From Macrostomum hystrix (taxonomy: Eukaryota > Animalia > Platyhelminthes), in assembly GCA_950097015.1 (NCBI GenBank), contig CATNEN010000032.1, forward strand, positions 2,728,001 through 2,792,000: DNA of 64,000 nucleotides, written 5' to 3'. The position numbers were made by a program, and so were the translations under genes. This document shows, in pieces, positions 37,190 to 49,290 of the stretch; the stretch's first letter is position 1; every line of letters begins with the position of its first letter. The notes below the pieces were generated by a model. It was not told where the DNA came from. It saw only the letters and a list, made by a program, of their open reading frames with translations, and did no database searches.

Positions 37190-38548
37190 ATGCTTGTCTG
37201 GAAAACCTGCAATTAATCGAAGTACGCAGAAGGTCGTCAAAGTGGGCAAACTCGAGAAAACTAAAAATTCACTAGCTAACTTGCGAACTCGTACGCTATA
37301 ATCTCTCCTGTTTTGAGCCTTGCCCTCTCACCCAGCCCGGAGTCTTATTCTCTCACCCTCTGCTATCGTGATTGGCTGCTCCCCTCTCTTGCCGTCACCC
37401 ACCCCACGGCCACCCTTAAGGCTTATTCACACCGCCATCAAATGACTCATTTTCAAATAGTCATACAGAAAGAATGAATTGTGTTTTGGCCTCGATTGAT
37501 GGTAGTGTGACCGAGCCTCAACCCTGTGCACATTTAATGCAAGCCTCTTATTGCGTGTAAGTTGTTTTTGTTAAGACGCACCTCAACAATAGTTAAAATC
37601 ATTGTCTCTTACTGACAATACTAAATCAAGTGCAAATACACTTGTAAAAGACATAAACTAAACACACGAACAAAAATCCTGTCTTCTGCAAATCCCTGGG
37701 TTCAAAAACTGGGACATTTATCCATTGGGTTTCCTGGAGAGGTTCGCAACTTGACGCGACGTACGATCTTCTGCAACTTTGCGAGCTTGTAACTTTGCGC
37801 AAGTCTGTTTCTCGAATGAGATCACCTGCGCGTTCGTGCGACCAGTTCGCTGGCAAGTAGTAGGACTGGAGTAAGGGCGCGAGGCAAAGACAGATAGTTC
37901 GTTTCGGGACACATTATTCTTCAACCAAATTGTCATCGCCTTCGCTCCTTTCAATTAAATTAATTAACTTTCAGCTGCAGCTGGCTCAATGCTGAATAAG
38001 CGAAATTAAAATGGGCTGAAAGAGTGACTAAGTAAGTGGAAATTCATTTGCGAAAACATAGGGAAAATTTTTAGACTCCGTGACTGAAGCCAAGCAAGCT
38101 TCTATTATTTTTAGAGATGTAACTAGCGTACAAGATATCCAAAAAGCACTAAGTTAGCATAAGCATATAAATAGTCGCAGCTATAAGTGATAAAAAGCCT
38201 AATTGCATCAATCAAGAAACCGAATTTAGATAAAGTAAAAAAATGAGGCAATAAAAACTAATGTTAAGACGTGTATTGCCTCGCAAACTGCCCCAATCTG
38301 CCTTCCTAGAATACGGGCTCATAGATACCAAAGTTAAAAATAATGAACAGCTGATTTATGAAATATTAAACTGAGTACAAAATTTCCTAACGCAGTTTAA
38401 TGGTCTCCTATGATGAAACAAAAAGCTGAGTAATTACAATAATGTATGTTAGAAGGTAATGGCGATGGCGTAAGTAATTGGCACACAGCTGGTAGAAAAC
38501 AGGTAAGAGGCTTATACACGAAAAACAAGGAAATCGATTACTTGATAC

Positions 38549-39454
38549 TTATGTAATAAAAGCCGTCACAGAGGCGGCAATGGTAGAATTACACCTCGGA
38601 CAGCGAGACAGGGGCTCGAGACAGCGGTCGCACAACAGGAAGTGCGCACACGGCAGTGTAACACGATTTCTGGTGCGACGTCGGCAACGGATGCAGCGAT
38701 CGTCTGCCTCGTCTTCGCCGACCGCGTCAACAGCGACACCCACGCCTCCAACGGCTGCTGACGACAAGGCTCTGACGTTGTATCCGTCGACTACAACGCT
38801 GCCTAAGCTGCTGAGTGCTGGCGTTGCTTGAGGCGGTGGCTGCGTCGGCAGCTGCTGCTGTTCGGAAACTGCCCTAGAGCCGGAGTCCTGCATAAAAAAA
38901 CTGTCGAGAAGACGACGCAAATCGAAGCGCATAGCGACTGCCAGCGCCTTAGGATCGGAGTCTTCAATAGATTGGACCAATCGGAGTAGATCGCCTGGCC
39001 GGCTGATAGGCGAACCGGTTGTGGGCCGCAGAAACTCCCTAGCTAAGCACAGGTGAAGGAAAGCCGGCTCGAAGCCGTAGGAGGCCGCGGCGCCAACTAT
39101 GGGCGAGTCGAAGGTTAGGCGCAGTCGACGCAGCTGATTCAGGTACTGCCGAACAGCCGACTCTGCCGCTGTTACCCAATCCGGCGAGTTTGACGGCAGC
39201 TGCGCCAGGTGAACAAGTCGAGCTAGGAGGCACTCTGCACGGTGCGACGTTGGGAAAGACTCTTCAGCTAAAGTTGAGGGATCGAGCTCAGCTTCGCAGC
39301 AGAAGCAGATCGCTATTCGACTATTCTCATCAATATAAAACCCAGAAGCAGCAAGTCGGCTAGCAGACGCCTCGTCACTGACTGACCGCAGCATGGTCGG
39401 TAGGCGATCGACGAAGAGCAGCCAACCAGTTTTGGCGGCAGTAGCCACAAGCAT
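38549..39454 (-). CDS. Intronless inhibitor-of-apoptosis-like protein (BIR-UBA-RING)
   Basis: BIR-like LAASGFY...CFCC...H...C; UBA-like AASYGFEP; C-terminal RING CIRC...LPCAHFLLCDRC...CPRC. Confidence 0.8.
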   Translation of the reverse strand: MLVATAAKTGWLLFVDRLPTMLRSVSDEASASRLAASGFYIDENSRIAICFCCEAELDPSTLAEESFPTSHRAECLLARLVHLAQLPSNSPDWVTAAESAVRQYLNQLRRLRLTFDSPIVGAAASYGFEPAFLHLCLAREFLRPTTGSPISRPGDLLRLVQSIEDSDPKALAVAMRFDLRRLLDSFFMQDSGSRAVSEQQQLPTQPPPQATPALSSLGSVVVDGYNVRALSSAAVGGVGVAVDAVGEDEADDRCIRCRRRTRNRVTLPCAHFLLCDRCLEPLSRCPRCNSTIAASVTAFIT

Positions 39455-41024
39455 CACAACGATGCCTGTGATTGTGTGAATAGAGGGTCGATGTCAGTAT
39501 AACTTAGGTCATTGCTATATTTTGTGTACTTTTTGCTTTCAGTGCACTTAGTTATTTCAATTTCAACGATATGCTTTGCAAATAAAATGGACCAGAGTGC
39601 AAATTTCATTAACACAAATCAGATTTGCAGTCATTTTATTCTGTGTGACAAAGAAGCAATTTAGCGAAAATCCTTACACACGACTCCATTGCGTCGAGAA
39701 TCGGTCGCAAGTCGAAATGTCTCTGCGATTCGTACTTGCAACGCTTGACCGATGATATTCAACAGCGCGCTTTGTGTGAGGTCGTCGGACATAAGGATTC
39801 GTCGTTCTGTCTGCCATCATGAAATGTAAAGATATTTTGAGTTGCAATTAAATTTTATTTGAAATATAAGTGGTACAGCAACAAAAAATTGTTTTATTAA
39901 AAGCCTTTCACAATGACCGTCTGCTTCGCCTGACATCTCTCGTGGCTCGGTAGTTTTTTTCCATTATCCTATTTTATAAAGTAATTTATATCTGTCCCTC
40001 TCCTTGTCTCTGTCACCTGCTTTGTCTTCCTACATCACATATCCTTTCAGATTAGTCGATACCTCACATCTCTAGCACCTCACCTAAGCCTATTCTTCTC
40101 ACTATTCTGTTTAGCTTATCTGTACTTGGCCGTCACTAACAAGAGAGAAATGGAAGGGTGAATGTTTTTAGTAGAAAGTTTAAAAACAGAAGCTAATGTT
40201 TTACTATTTCTACTAGTATATAAAGACAAAATGCTCTACCACTCTAGATAGCTACGTAATTCATTGTTGTAAGTGACTATTATATGCACTTAACAGGCCC
40301 TTATAACATTTAATCATCTGGCATTTTAGTATGTGCTACATTGAAATATTAAGTAATAAGCCTGTGTCAATCTCCATACCCCCTGCTGTCATAACTGCCT
40401 CGTCATTTAAGGAATTAGTTTCAGTTGGGTATATATACCTTTAGTAGAGAAGTGTTTCGATTTTAACACACTGATTCACTATACAGACAGGTCATGTTCT
40501 GACACTGGTCAAGCGAAATTCCGAACAAAACCGCCCAGGAAATGCTAAGGCCACTATGCAGAGAAAGCGTACAGATCAGAAAGGCGTCAAGATATACACA
40601 GACTGAAATCAGCTTGACTCCGGATATAACAGTACAAGGCCAGCAGGCAGCCAGTCCATGGTTCTGGAGTATTGCAGCAAGAGACCACAAATCTGCATCC
40701 GATAGTCGGGAACAAGCAGTGGAGGAAAATATGACAAGCTGCAGCAGCAACTATGACGAAATCCAAGTGAGAAGCGCAGCGTCCGAGTTGGTGAACGAAG
40801 TATTGGTCAAGAGTAATAAACTTTTGGACAGTAGTGGAATTTCAGATAATCGGCCTTAAAATTCGTTTGCCACGAAGCAGTGCTCTTGCATTGATTAGTG
40901 CGCGAAAAATATAGGCTACTCTATTAAAAGCTGCCAATATTCATGAGCCATGAAAAGCGTGTTTTTCGCATATTTGGTTTTTTATTTGTTTTGAACCTAA
41001 ATAAACAAATACGGCGCGTATATT

Positions 41025-41492
41025 ATTATTATTATTGAGGTGCGCAAAACGATTAGGTGCTGATTTTTTGTTTATTTGATGTTTGAGGCTAAACAATTTA
41101 ATTTAAAAAAAAGAAGGCGATAGGAAAACAGTAGCATGCATAAGATTAATTTTAGGTGAATAAAATAAAAAAAATTGAAATAAAAAAAGCAATAAAACAA
41201 AAAATGAAATATTGAAATTTAAAGAGAAAATAAAAACTGACTAAAATCACTTCGCTCCCGAAAGGAGAATACTATTGTGTTTTTGCATTCTAACTATGGG
41301 CCTCAGGGCAGTGGCTTTTTTATCTAGCTTTAAGTATGCTTTTTATGAAGTCCACAAAACTTCTGTTAAGTCTGTGCTTTCCTGTGTCATTAAATACACA
41401 ATTTTGTCATCAGCTGTTAGGCTTTTGAAATTTCGAACAGTGCCTGCCACTTTCTCTATGAATTTATTTCTAATTGGAACATATAATACATC
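41025..41492 (-). mobile_element. Second, more truncated copy of the LINE 3' end seen at 31334-32049
   Basis: Near-identical 3' UTR and YVPIRNKFIEKVAGTVRNF coding end; (AAT)n tail on the minus strand. Confidence 0.85.
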
Positions 41493-41689
41493 TAAGTTGC
41501 ACATTCGATAGCATACTGATATTGAATGTGCTGTGTAAATTGTTTTTAAACTGTGCAATTTAATAAATACGAGTAGAAAAGTTTACGCGCTTACGATCTA
41601 ACTATATCAAATAACACTTTAAAGCCTTAAAAGCCATTCATGACCTCATCTACATCGGCCGGAACCATCCAGACTGCCAGCCTCCTAGA

Positions 41690-42700
41690 TTCAACACAAA
41701 GAGAGGCTTCAACACGGCTATTCCTGAGCTTGAGGGCCTGAGGGCTACATCGGCCTGAGGGCTACCCCATGGACGTCGGTATCAACAAGCGCAGCCAGGG
41801 AATTCACTATTTCACTGATGGCTGTCTAAAAGCCTGGCCAGATCAGGCATCGCGATCTTCCATAACAAGAGTAGAGCACTCCTGCATTGCAGGAGAGCCT
41901 GTATTTTGGTGAGAACACTATAAGCTTTCGGGTGGAGGTTTCTGCCATTGACGGATTAAGCAGCATCTCATTGTCGCGAATATCTGTAATCAGTAGATTT
42001 ACATGCACTCCGACAGCCAAGACCACCAAAAAGGCACTAACTCGCGTTTAAATCCAAAACGATGGCAGAATGCTTCAAAAGCATACAAACCCTAGCGGTC
42101 CTTTACAGAACGTCAACCTGATATGGACGCCGGGCATAGCAACATCCTCGGCAATGAGCTGATGGATCAACTAGCCAAGGATGGTGTCAATCCTAAGAAC
42201 GGCCAACGGTAGATCAATCAACGGTAGATCCAAGATTAATGATCACCCAAACTATTGAGAAATAGCTCAAGCGACAGCGCCAGACGCTCTGGAACAGCTA
42301 TGACGACTACAGTCAAGTCAGTTCCGCTATGCCGGAAAGTCTCTGATTACCAGACTTCTCTCCATAGACCTGAGCTCAGGGAGTTATACATGTCCATTAC
42401 TGGTCACAGCTTCATATTTCACTTCAAACCCTTACCTGCCCCTTTGCGGTCAAGGTGAGGAAACCGCGGCACACCACGTCACCTTCTGCTTGTTGTTGTT
42501 TGAAAAAGGCAGAAAATATATCGGTCACCTCGACCTCGATCCCCAAGGGATCGAGGATCCGTGAGCTGCGCGCCTTCATTCAGCAGATCAGCCGGATGAA
42601 GATCGCCAACGCCGACCCAGCGAAACTGCCTGGTACTGCTGACGCAGGGTGGGTGCACACTTAAGGCTGAGCCTCTTGAGAACCTTTAAGGCTGAGAACC
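41690..42700 (+). mobile_element. Degenerate RNase H-containing non-LTR retrotransposon fragment (I/R1-like superfamily)
   Basis: Frameshifted remnants YFTDG, VNLIWTPG and GNELMDQLAKDG (RNase H), then ITGH...C..CGQGEETAAHH (CCHC knuckle). Confidence 0.6.
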
Positions 42701-43159
42701 TTGTCGATTCTCACAGATTGTTTTGCAACATTCCCCAGTAGTAAGAGTAAGTACTTGATAGCCATTCCAATACTACACAGCACTCTATTTCACTCTGTTT
42801 CCGAAAGCTTCATAGCGACGGCGCCAGCGATGCAGTAATTAAATATTTAAGAGCCAAAAGGCTCAATAACTGGCACTGGCGTACAAACCAGCCATCGCCT
42901 CCAAAGCATTCTGATGTGATGCTTCGTTTTAAGAATTGGAGAGGAGGTGGAGAATTAGATATAGGACAGGTCAGAAGAACAGCTTAGCAAGTGGATTCCT
43001 TTTTGTTCAAACAGTAAAACCACAGACCTCTGCCTGTCCGCTTATTTAATCAATGCGATGGCAGGTGATAAAAGGCAGAGAAAACACAGCACTTGTAACC
43101 CAAGACGAGTGTTTGCAAAGTTTAGTACAAGAGAAACAAGTTAGTAGATTCCAGAGACA

Positions 43160-43657
43160 ATGACATCTAGTAACTGCGCCAGAGGACGAGGCATCGATAA
43201 CGAGCCATTAAGTCAAGTGCAGCATGAAAGAACAAGAAATAGAGATGCGGCAGGCCACAACAGCAGCACAAGATCAACATCGGGCACAGCCTCGCAAGGT
43301 CACAGCATAATTCTAAATCATCTATAAATTACGACAATTCGCACATTTATCCGCTAAATGCATCAAGTTTTAACTTGTTACTATGATTTTATCCTGAAAA
43401 GTCGCAGAGAAGTACAATCTTCTAAATTTTCTATTGCAGGTCGCAACTGCACAAAAGATGGCAGCGCAGGTGGTTGCACCTGTTTGATCGGCTGCACTCT
43501 TAATTTAGTGCAAGATGTTGCTATAAGACTGCGGAAACTGGACGAAGAGGACGTTTCATTTGACAGCAGTCAGGATACTTTGGTCAATCGGCTGGAAGAG
43601 GAGGTCAGAATTCACAAAGCGGAAGGCCAATGCGTGTGCGAGCGGCTAAAGAACTAA
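43160..43657 (+). CDS. Possible small two-exon gene of unknown function
   Basis: ATG at 43160; weak donor near 43298; strong acceptor TTCTATTGCAG at 43439; in-frame second exon RNCTKDG...CVCERLKN. No family recognised. Confidence 0.3.
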
Positions 43658-45788
43658 ACAACTCAATTAAACTGCAGCCCACACACCCTTATAATTAGAA
43701 TCCAAAAGTTACTCTTTACATAGTATAAGGGAGCATAGCATGGGGATAGGTATGATAAAATATAAATTCTATATAATTGCATATAAACACATTCAAATAT
43801 AAAATTTGCTTTCACATCATTTTCAGTAGTCAGGCAGTACTTATCGAGCAATTTGCGAGTATCATGCTGAAATTCTTACATGAAAACATCTTTAAAAACC
43901 ATTTGTCGAGGCATATGCAGACTGCACCTTAAGTACTATTTTTTAAACTGCCCTGTCTTAAAATTTTACCTAATTGGGGATTTCACCACCACCCACACAT
44001 AAAAATCGCTCCTACAGGATCTGTCATGGTTTCTAGCGCATTAGCGAAGATAGTATGAGACAGGGACCCTAAGATCTCCCCGGCTAGAAGACTCCTACAA
44101 GAACAGGGACATTCATGGCCCCAAAAGCAGAGGCAACCCTTGCTGTGGAGGCCCACTGCAAGAGCACACAAGCCAAGAAGGTAGAGACCTTCGTTGCTAA
44201 AGCTGTGAATGGTCAAAGAGGTGCAGCTTTTCCTGTTTCTTGCCCTCAGTCTAACAATGATCAGCCATTCCTTAGTTGCTGTGCTAGTGCTACTATAGTG
44301 TACCTTGGAGTTACCTGTAGCAGTAAAAAACCTGTAAAATCTTCCAGAATACTTAGTTCAGAAAAGCAAAAGCCCTACTGAAAAGCTTAGAACAAGCTCC
44401 TGTGTTCTACATGGTAACACGCTATCCCCTGCTCTTCATCATGGTGCAAACTAGACACTGCACTAAAGCCTGAGAAGCCAGGCAGCTACATCCTGGTTAC
44501 ATAAAAATTTCTAACACCTGTAGGTCCCACTTTGGCACAGGAATAGGCCTATGCAGAATGCAGGTGCCATTACTCTACTGCACTATAACCAAGATGCTGC
44601 CCACTGGGCCCTCTCATGACAGCAAAGAGGGCACCCAGGTTGGCCAACTGATCAACAGTTGCAAATCTGGTGATTGCATCCAGCATCCAGTAGCTCTAGC
44701 CCTTGCTAACAGCTTCACCTGAGTGTAAGCAGTTAAGGAACCCTAGCCTTTTGTTGTTGGTGATGTTCTAAATAGAAGAGGCCAGGCTTGGACCTTGCCA
44801 TAACTGTTGAAAGAACATATTCAGCTTTTCTACCAGTAACAGTCTAAAGCTATGACTTTTAGCACTGGCCACCAAGTAATCCAAATGAGAACAATGAGTA
44901 AGAAATTTAATATACTAAGCATTTCACAATGCCCTCAATATCTACTATCTAACATGGCTAAACAAGTCAGTAATGCCAGACCTGGACATCTCCCTCTTCA
45001 ACCACAAGTACCAGTATCAATGGATTTTTTTATGATTGATTCTAAAGTGTTGGATATAGTAAACCAATAACAAGAAGCACTTGCCTTTATATATGTAGCT
45101 GCCTAAAAGCAACAAGGTAAGAAATTAGCAAGAAATTAGGAAATTGTTATAACTTATAATATAGCCAGCCTAAAATGGGTGAAGATATAGCTGTAGAAAA
45201 TTAAATTGATATTGAAAAGCCTAATGTAAGCAAGACAGCCCTAGATTTAGGGCTATAACTATAAAACAATACACAATCTAGGCATTTCAATTCTGCAACT
45301 AAACCTTTCTTATAAAAAACGATATTATATTTTTATAACAAAACTATTTACCAGCAAATGGACTTTGCTGGTTTGCTGTTTTAATGCTTTGTATCTAGTT
45401 TTCCACATCTTTGGATGCCAATGGCATCCTAAAATTTGATCTAGAAATTTTAAGTCCTAAAATTTGAAATTAAATATATAGAATATAATTTACTAGGCCT
45501 ATAGGCTAGCAGCACAAACCCAACTACTGACCCTACTCTGTCCCCTTAGTCCAGATCATGTAGGCCTAGCTTAGCCTAGCAGGCCAATCAGTGTCATTGG
45601 GTTTTCCTAGTTGGCATGGCATGTACACCTAGTGTTCATGGTAGATATAATATAAATATAGCATTAATGGCAACAAGTACAAATATAACTATAAGTAGCA
45701 AGGAAAAAGCCTGCTTCAATAGGCCTACCCATAGCATAGGCCCTAGGCCTATCACTAGGCCCCTATCAGATTTTTTAATTGGCCTACA

Positions 45789-46256
45789 TTCTCAAGGTGT
45801 ACCTTGAGAAGAAGATTTACCAGTTGGGATCGATAATATCGGCCTGTGAGCATGTCCTATGTCAAGACAACATGATTTCTACCCAATAATATCATATTGA
45901 GCTATGCATTTAAATAGCATAGGGGCCTAGTATATTATAGCGGCTAGCTAACAAATCAAACGGCTCAGATTTAAATTTGTGTTTTGGCCAGTCGTTCCAT
46001 GAAAGATAAGATACACTTCATTTTATGAAAGTAATAATTGGCCTCGACTTACACAATGAATAGGCTTACACAATGTCATAGGATCTTCATAAAGATCGGT
46101 GCCACTCGGGTGGTCCCTATGCTATTTAAATGCATAGCTCAGTATGATATTATCGGGTAGAAATCGTGTCGTCTTGACATACGACATGCTCGCAAGCCGA
46201 TATTATCGGTCCCAATTGGTACATCTTCCGATAAGATTGGTGCCACTCGGGTGACA
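45789..46256. mobile_element. Foldback/MITE-like element with ~110-bp inverted arms
   Basis: 45811-45925 is the imperfect reverse complement of 46115-46230; adjacent palindrome TTCTCAAGGT-GT-ACCTTGAGAA. Confidence 0.65.
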
Positions 46257-47022
46257 ATTTATCACAACATGTTTAAAGAAACTTTAAAATTCAGGGTTTA
46301 AATTCGAAAAACATGCAGCATGCCAAAACTTACAGATTTTTTGTGCAGTCCGAAATTTTAGCAATGACGCGAACCAAGTTCCGTTTAGTTGGCGTTGACG
46401 CAAGTTCCTGAATAAAATATTGTATTGATTGACATAATTGTATGTAATGACATTCTTAGAAATATCTATAGTACAAAATTGTGATATGTTACAAATTAGC
46501 ATATAAAGCAATCTTATAGCGATTGGTACGTTTATTTATCCTTAGTTGTTAAGCAAATATTAGCATCTGATCTTCTTTGTTTAATTCCTACAAAAGCCGA
46601 TTTAAATTGTAACACAATCATTCTAGATAAATATTGCAAATGAGAAATTCCAAGAACTTTCACGCCGAGCTCTCTCCTAGAGAGTTTCTCTGGTGAGCTT
46701 TTCCGGAGTAAATTTCCACGCAGCAGAATGGAGAATGAGGTAACTCTAGGTTTATTCGAGTAAATATTATTAACTCCAGCCAGCGCTATCTGACAAATGG
46801 GCAAATACCAATTTTCTGTATGGGTCTTAAGTTGATTTTCTTGACATACGACGCATAAATTATACATAAAATTAGTTTCATTATTCAAGCATCCATGCTT
46901 TTTCTGCTAAAAATTTCCTAATATTAAAGCAGATAGTCAATAAGTAGTATACAACCTTGCATGGCCTTTCTAAAACCAAGCCGTTATATTTTGATTACAA
47001 TCGTGTACACTATAATCATACA

Positions 47023-47750
47023 TCGTGTACACTATAACCAACACCAAGAAGACGGAAGTGCTGACGGTGCCTGCAGAGCTGCCTGCGAACATCACCTGCA
47101 GCACTAGCGACGGCCAAGCAGTTCCCCTCCCTCGCAGCACCCGCTTCACTTATCTCGGCGGGCTGGTCCCAAGTGCCACAGAAGATCTGGCGAGGCGCAG
47201 GGGCCTGGCGTGGGGGGCGCTGCAGACTATCCGGCCGGTCCTGCGGAGCGAGACCCTCCCTGATCGACTCAGGGCTCGGCTGTTCCAGGCGGTGGTCGAG
47301 ACCGTCCTGATGTACAACGCCGAGACCTGGACGGCCACGGAGGCGCTGGAGAGGCAGCTGGACTCGGCGCACTCGGCCCTGCTACGCGCCGCCTTTGGCA
47401 TCCACTTCCCGGAGCGGGTCTCCAACGCCGCCCTTTACTATCGCGCTGGGCTGCACCCACCCAGTGAGACCCTTCGGAGACGGCGGCTGCAGCTGGCAGG
47501 CCATGTGGTGCGCGCCGGGGCCTACTGTCCAGAGCCGGCGCAGGACGTCCTGCTGCTGACCATGCAGGGTCCCCTGCGCCGAGGGCAGGCCAGGACGCAC
47601 CGCTATGTCGAGTGCCTGCTCGCCGATGCTGGTCTCGGCGAGCATCAGACTTGGACAAGAGCAATCGACAATTTCAGGAAGCTGGCTCTTCGGCGTGCCT
47701 TGTGACACTGTGAACTTTTCTTTTCACAGTGTAATTTGTTGTTGTTGTTG
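47023..47750 (+). mobile_element. Young 5'-truncated RTE-like LINE
   Basis: Open RT C-terminus (FTYLGG...LFQAVVETVLMYNAETW...RRRRLQLAGHVVR); 3' stem-loop; (GTT)n tail; 12-bp TSD TATAATCATACA (47011-47022, 47751-47762). Confidence 0.9.
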
Positions 47751-48119
47751 TATAATCATACAAAAATTATTTTATCTACCGACAAAAAATATTCGCCGGT
47801 AAATGGTAAAAGGTGCAGGAAAGCTGCGATTTCTGTGCGTCTACTTACTATAAAGTTGCTTTTATCATCATCCTCCATATTTTATATATACCGCGATCCC
47901 GCGACAGCAACGGTGATTGATGATGGCGATCGAGGCTAAAAATCTGAAAAAGGGTCGAGAGATGGTGTTAAAAATTTCACAATCTTTCTGTCTAAAAATT
48001 TGACAAAGTCTAACTAAAACATGGGAGCGTATATATTTGTTCGAAATTAGCAATTCCTACTACAATTCCTACTTTGCGCATTCGGAACACTCCATCCAAT
48101 GACTCAAATGACGCTTAGT

Positions 48120-48322
48120 GATAATTGGTGGATCGGCCGCGCATAGCACTATTATTTTGGTGACAATAGTATACCTCCAACCAGTGAATAGGCGATTTTG
48201 CAGCCCATTTTGCTGACTCCTGAGCACACACGCACACAGATACCATATTTGCAGACAAGCGCTCACACAGGTGTGTACATATCTGCCCTGACTTTCTCAT
48301 CGTCAAGCAGTGTAAACTTTCA
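48120..48322 (-). mobile_element. SINE family 1, partial diverged copy
   Basis: GCTGACTCCTGAGCACACACGCACACAGATACC...GCCCTGACTTTCTCATCGTCA core. Confidence 0.75.
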
Positions 48323-49199
48323 CTCCCCAAATGACTTTTTTAAACTAAAACTACATTCTTGTTACTACTTATAAGTACTGTATAGTAAATATAATATTAG
48401 TCTAGTATACAGCAGCAGATTGCTAACTCTTGTCTCATTATTCTGATCAAACTTTCTTGAACAGTGCACGAATGCGGATGGAAAAAAGTGGCCATATTTA
48501 TTTTATTTATTATGCATTGGAAATTTATTTTACTTTGAGACATGCATGAGTCCAAAAAGCTTGCACTAGCTGACTTACTTGGGTGCCGCGTTGTCGCCCA
48601 GTGGAAAATACTCCTCTGCATTGAGGTATTTTAATATAGGAAAGTAATGCTCATTTCATTGCTCATTTTACGAGATATCAAGGTCGGTTAGGGCCAGAAC
48701 AGATGGTATAGCAATAATTTCAGAAAAAGCCAATAAAAAGTACGATTCAATATGCGCGTGTGTCATGCTACTAGTTCTATAGTGCTGGAACTGTAAAAGC
48801 TAGCCCGCAAGTAAGCAAGCTAGATTGAGCTAGATTGAGCCCTACAAATGCGATTGTTTCTATATAGAAGTAGATTGGGCTAGAGGGAATGGAGAGCGAG
48901 AAGGGCTATTCGCATTATTGTATAAGGATTTATGCAGCGCTGCAGCGTCTGTTGCGGATTCAGCTACAAAGTGAGTACACGCGCCATGGAAACTGCCAAC
49001 AGTGCGTATTCAAATATTTTAGGCCGGATTGTACAACGCAACAATTGCAAGCAGTAGAGATGGACAGAGAGGACACAGCTAGTGAGGGTATTGTGGAGGG
49101 AGAGAGACAATGAACGTACTTGTTCATTATCATTGCAAAGGTGCACTATACTGTTTTACTATGGTAGTGTGTTGCTGCCTATTATATTTTTTTTGAGAT

Positions 49200-49290
49200 T
49201 CGGACTCTAGACGGGATGGTCTGATGTTCGATTCCCGATTACACTGAAATCAATTGTGGCCCCCCAGTCCATGGACTGAATAGCCGTACG
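49200..49290 (+). mobile_element. SINE family 2 fragment
   Basis: B-box GTTCGATTCC and a CCCCAGTCCATGGACTG segment shared with 2609-2792. Confidence 0.45.

Noticed and set aside
40542-40859. Possible coding exon
   Set aside because: No recognisable domain or confident splice partners.
43500-43560. BH3-like motif VAIRLRKLDEE near the IAP gene
   Set aside because: Lacks the conserved Gly-Asp of BH3, and the gene model itself is weak.
44300-45110. Possible decayed LTR-retrotransposon integrase on the minus strand
   Set aside because: Only vague fragments with stops; no motif could be reconstructed convincingly.
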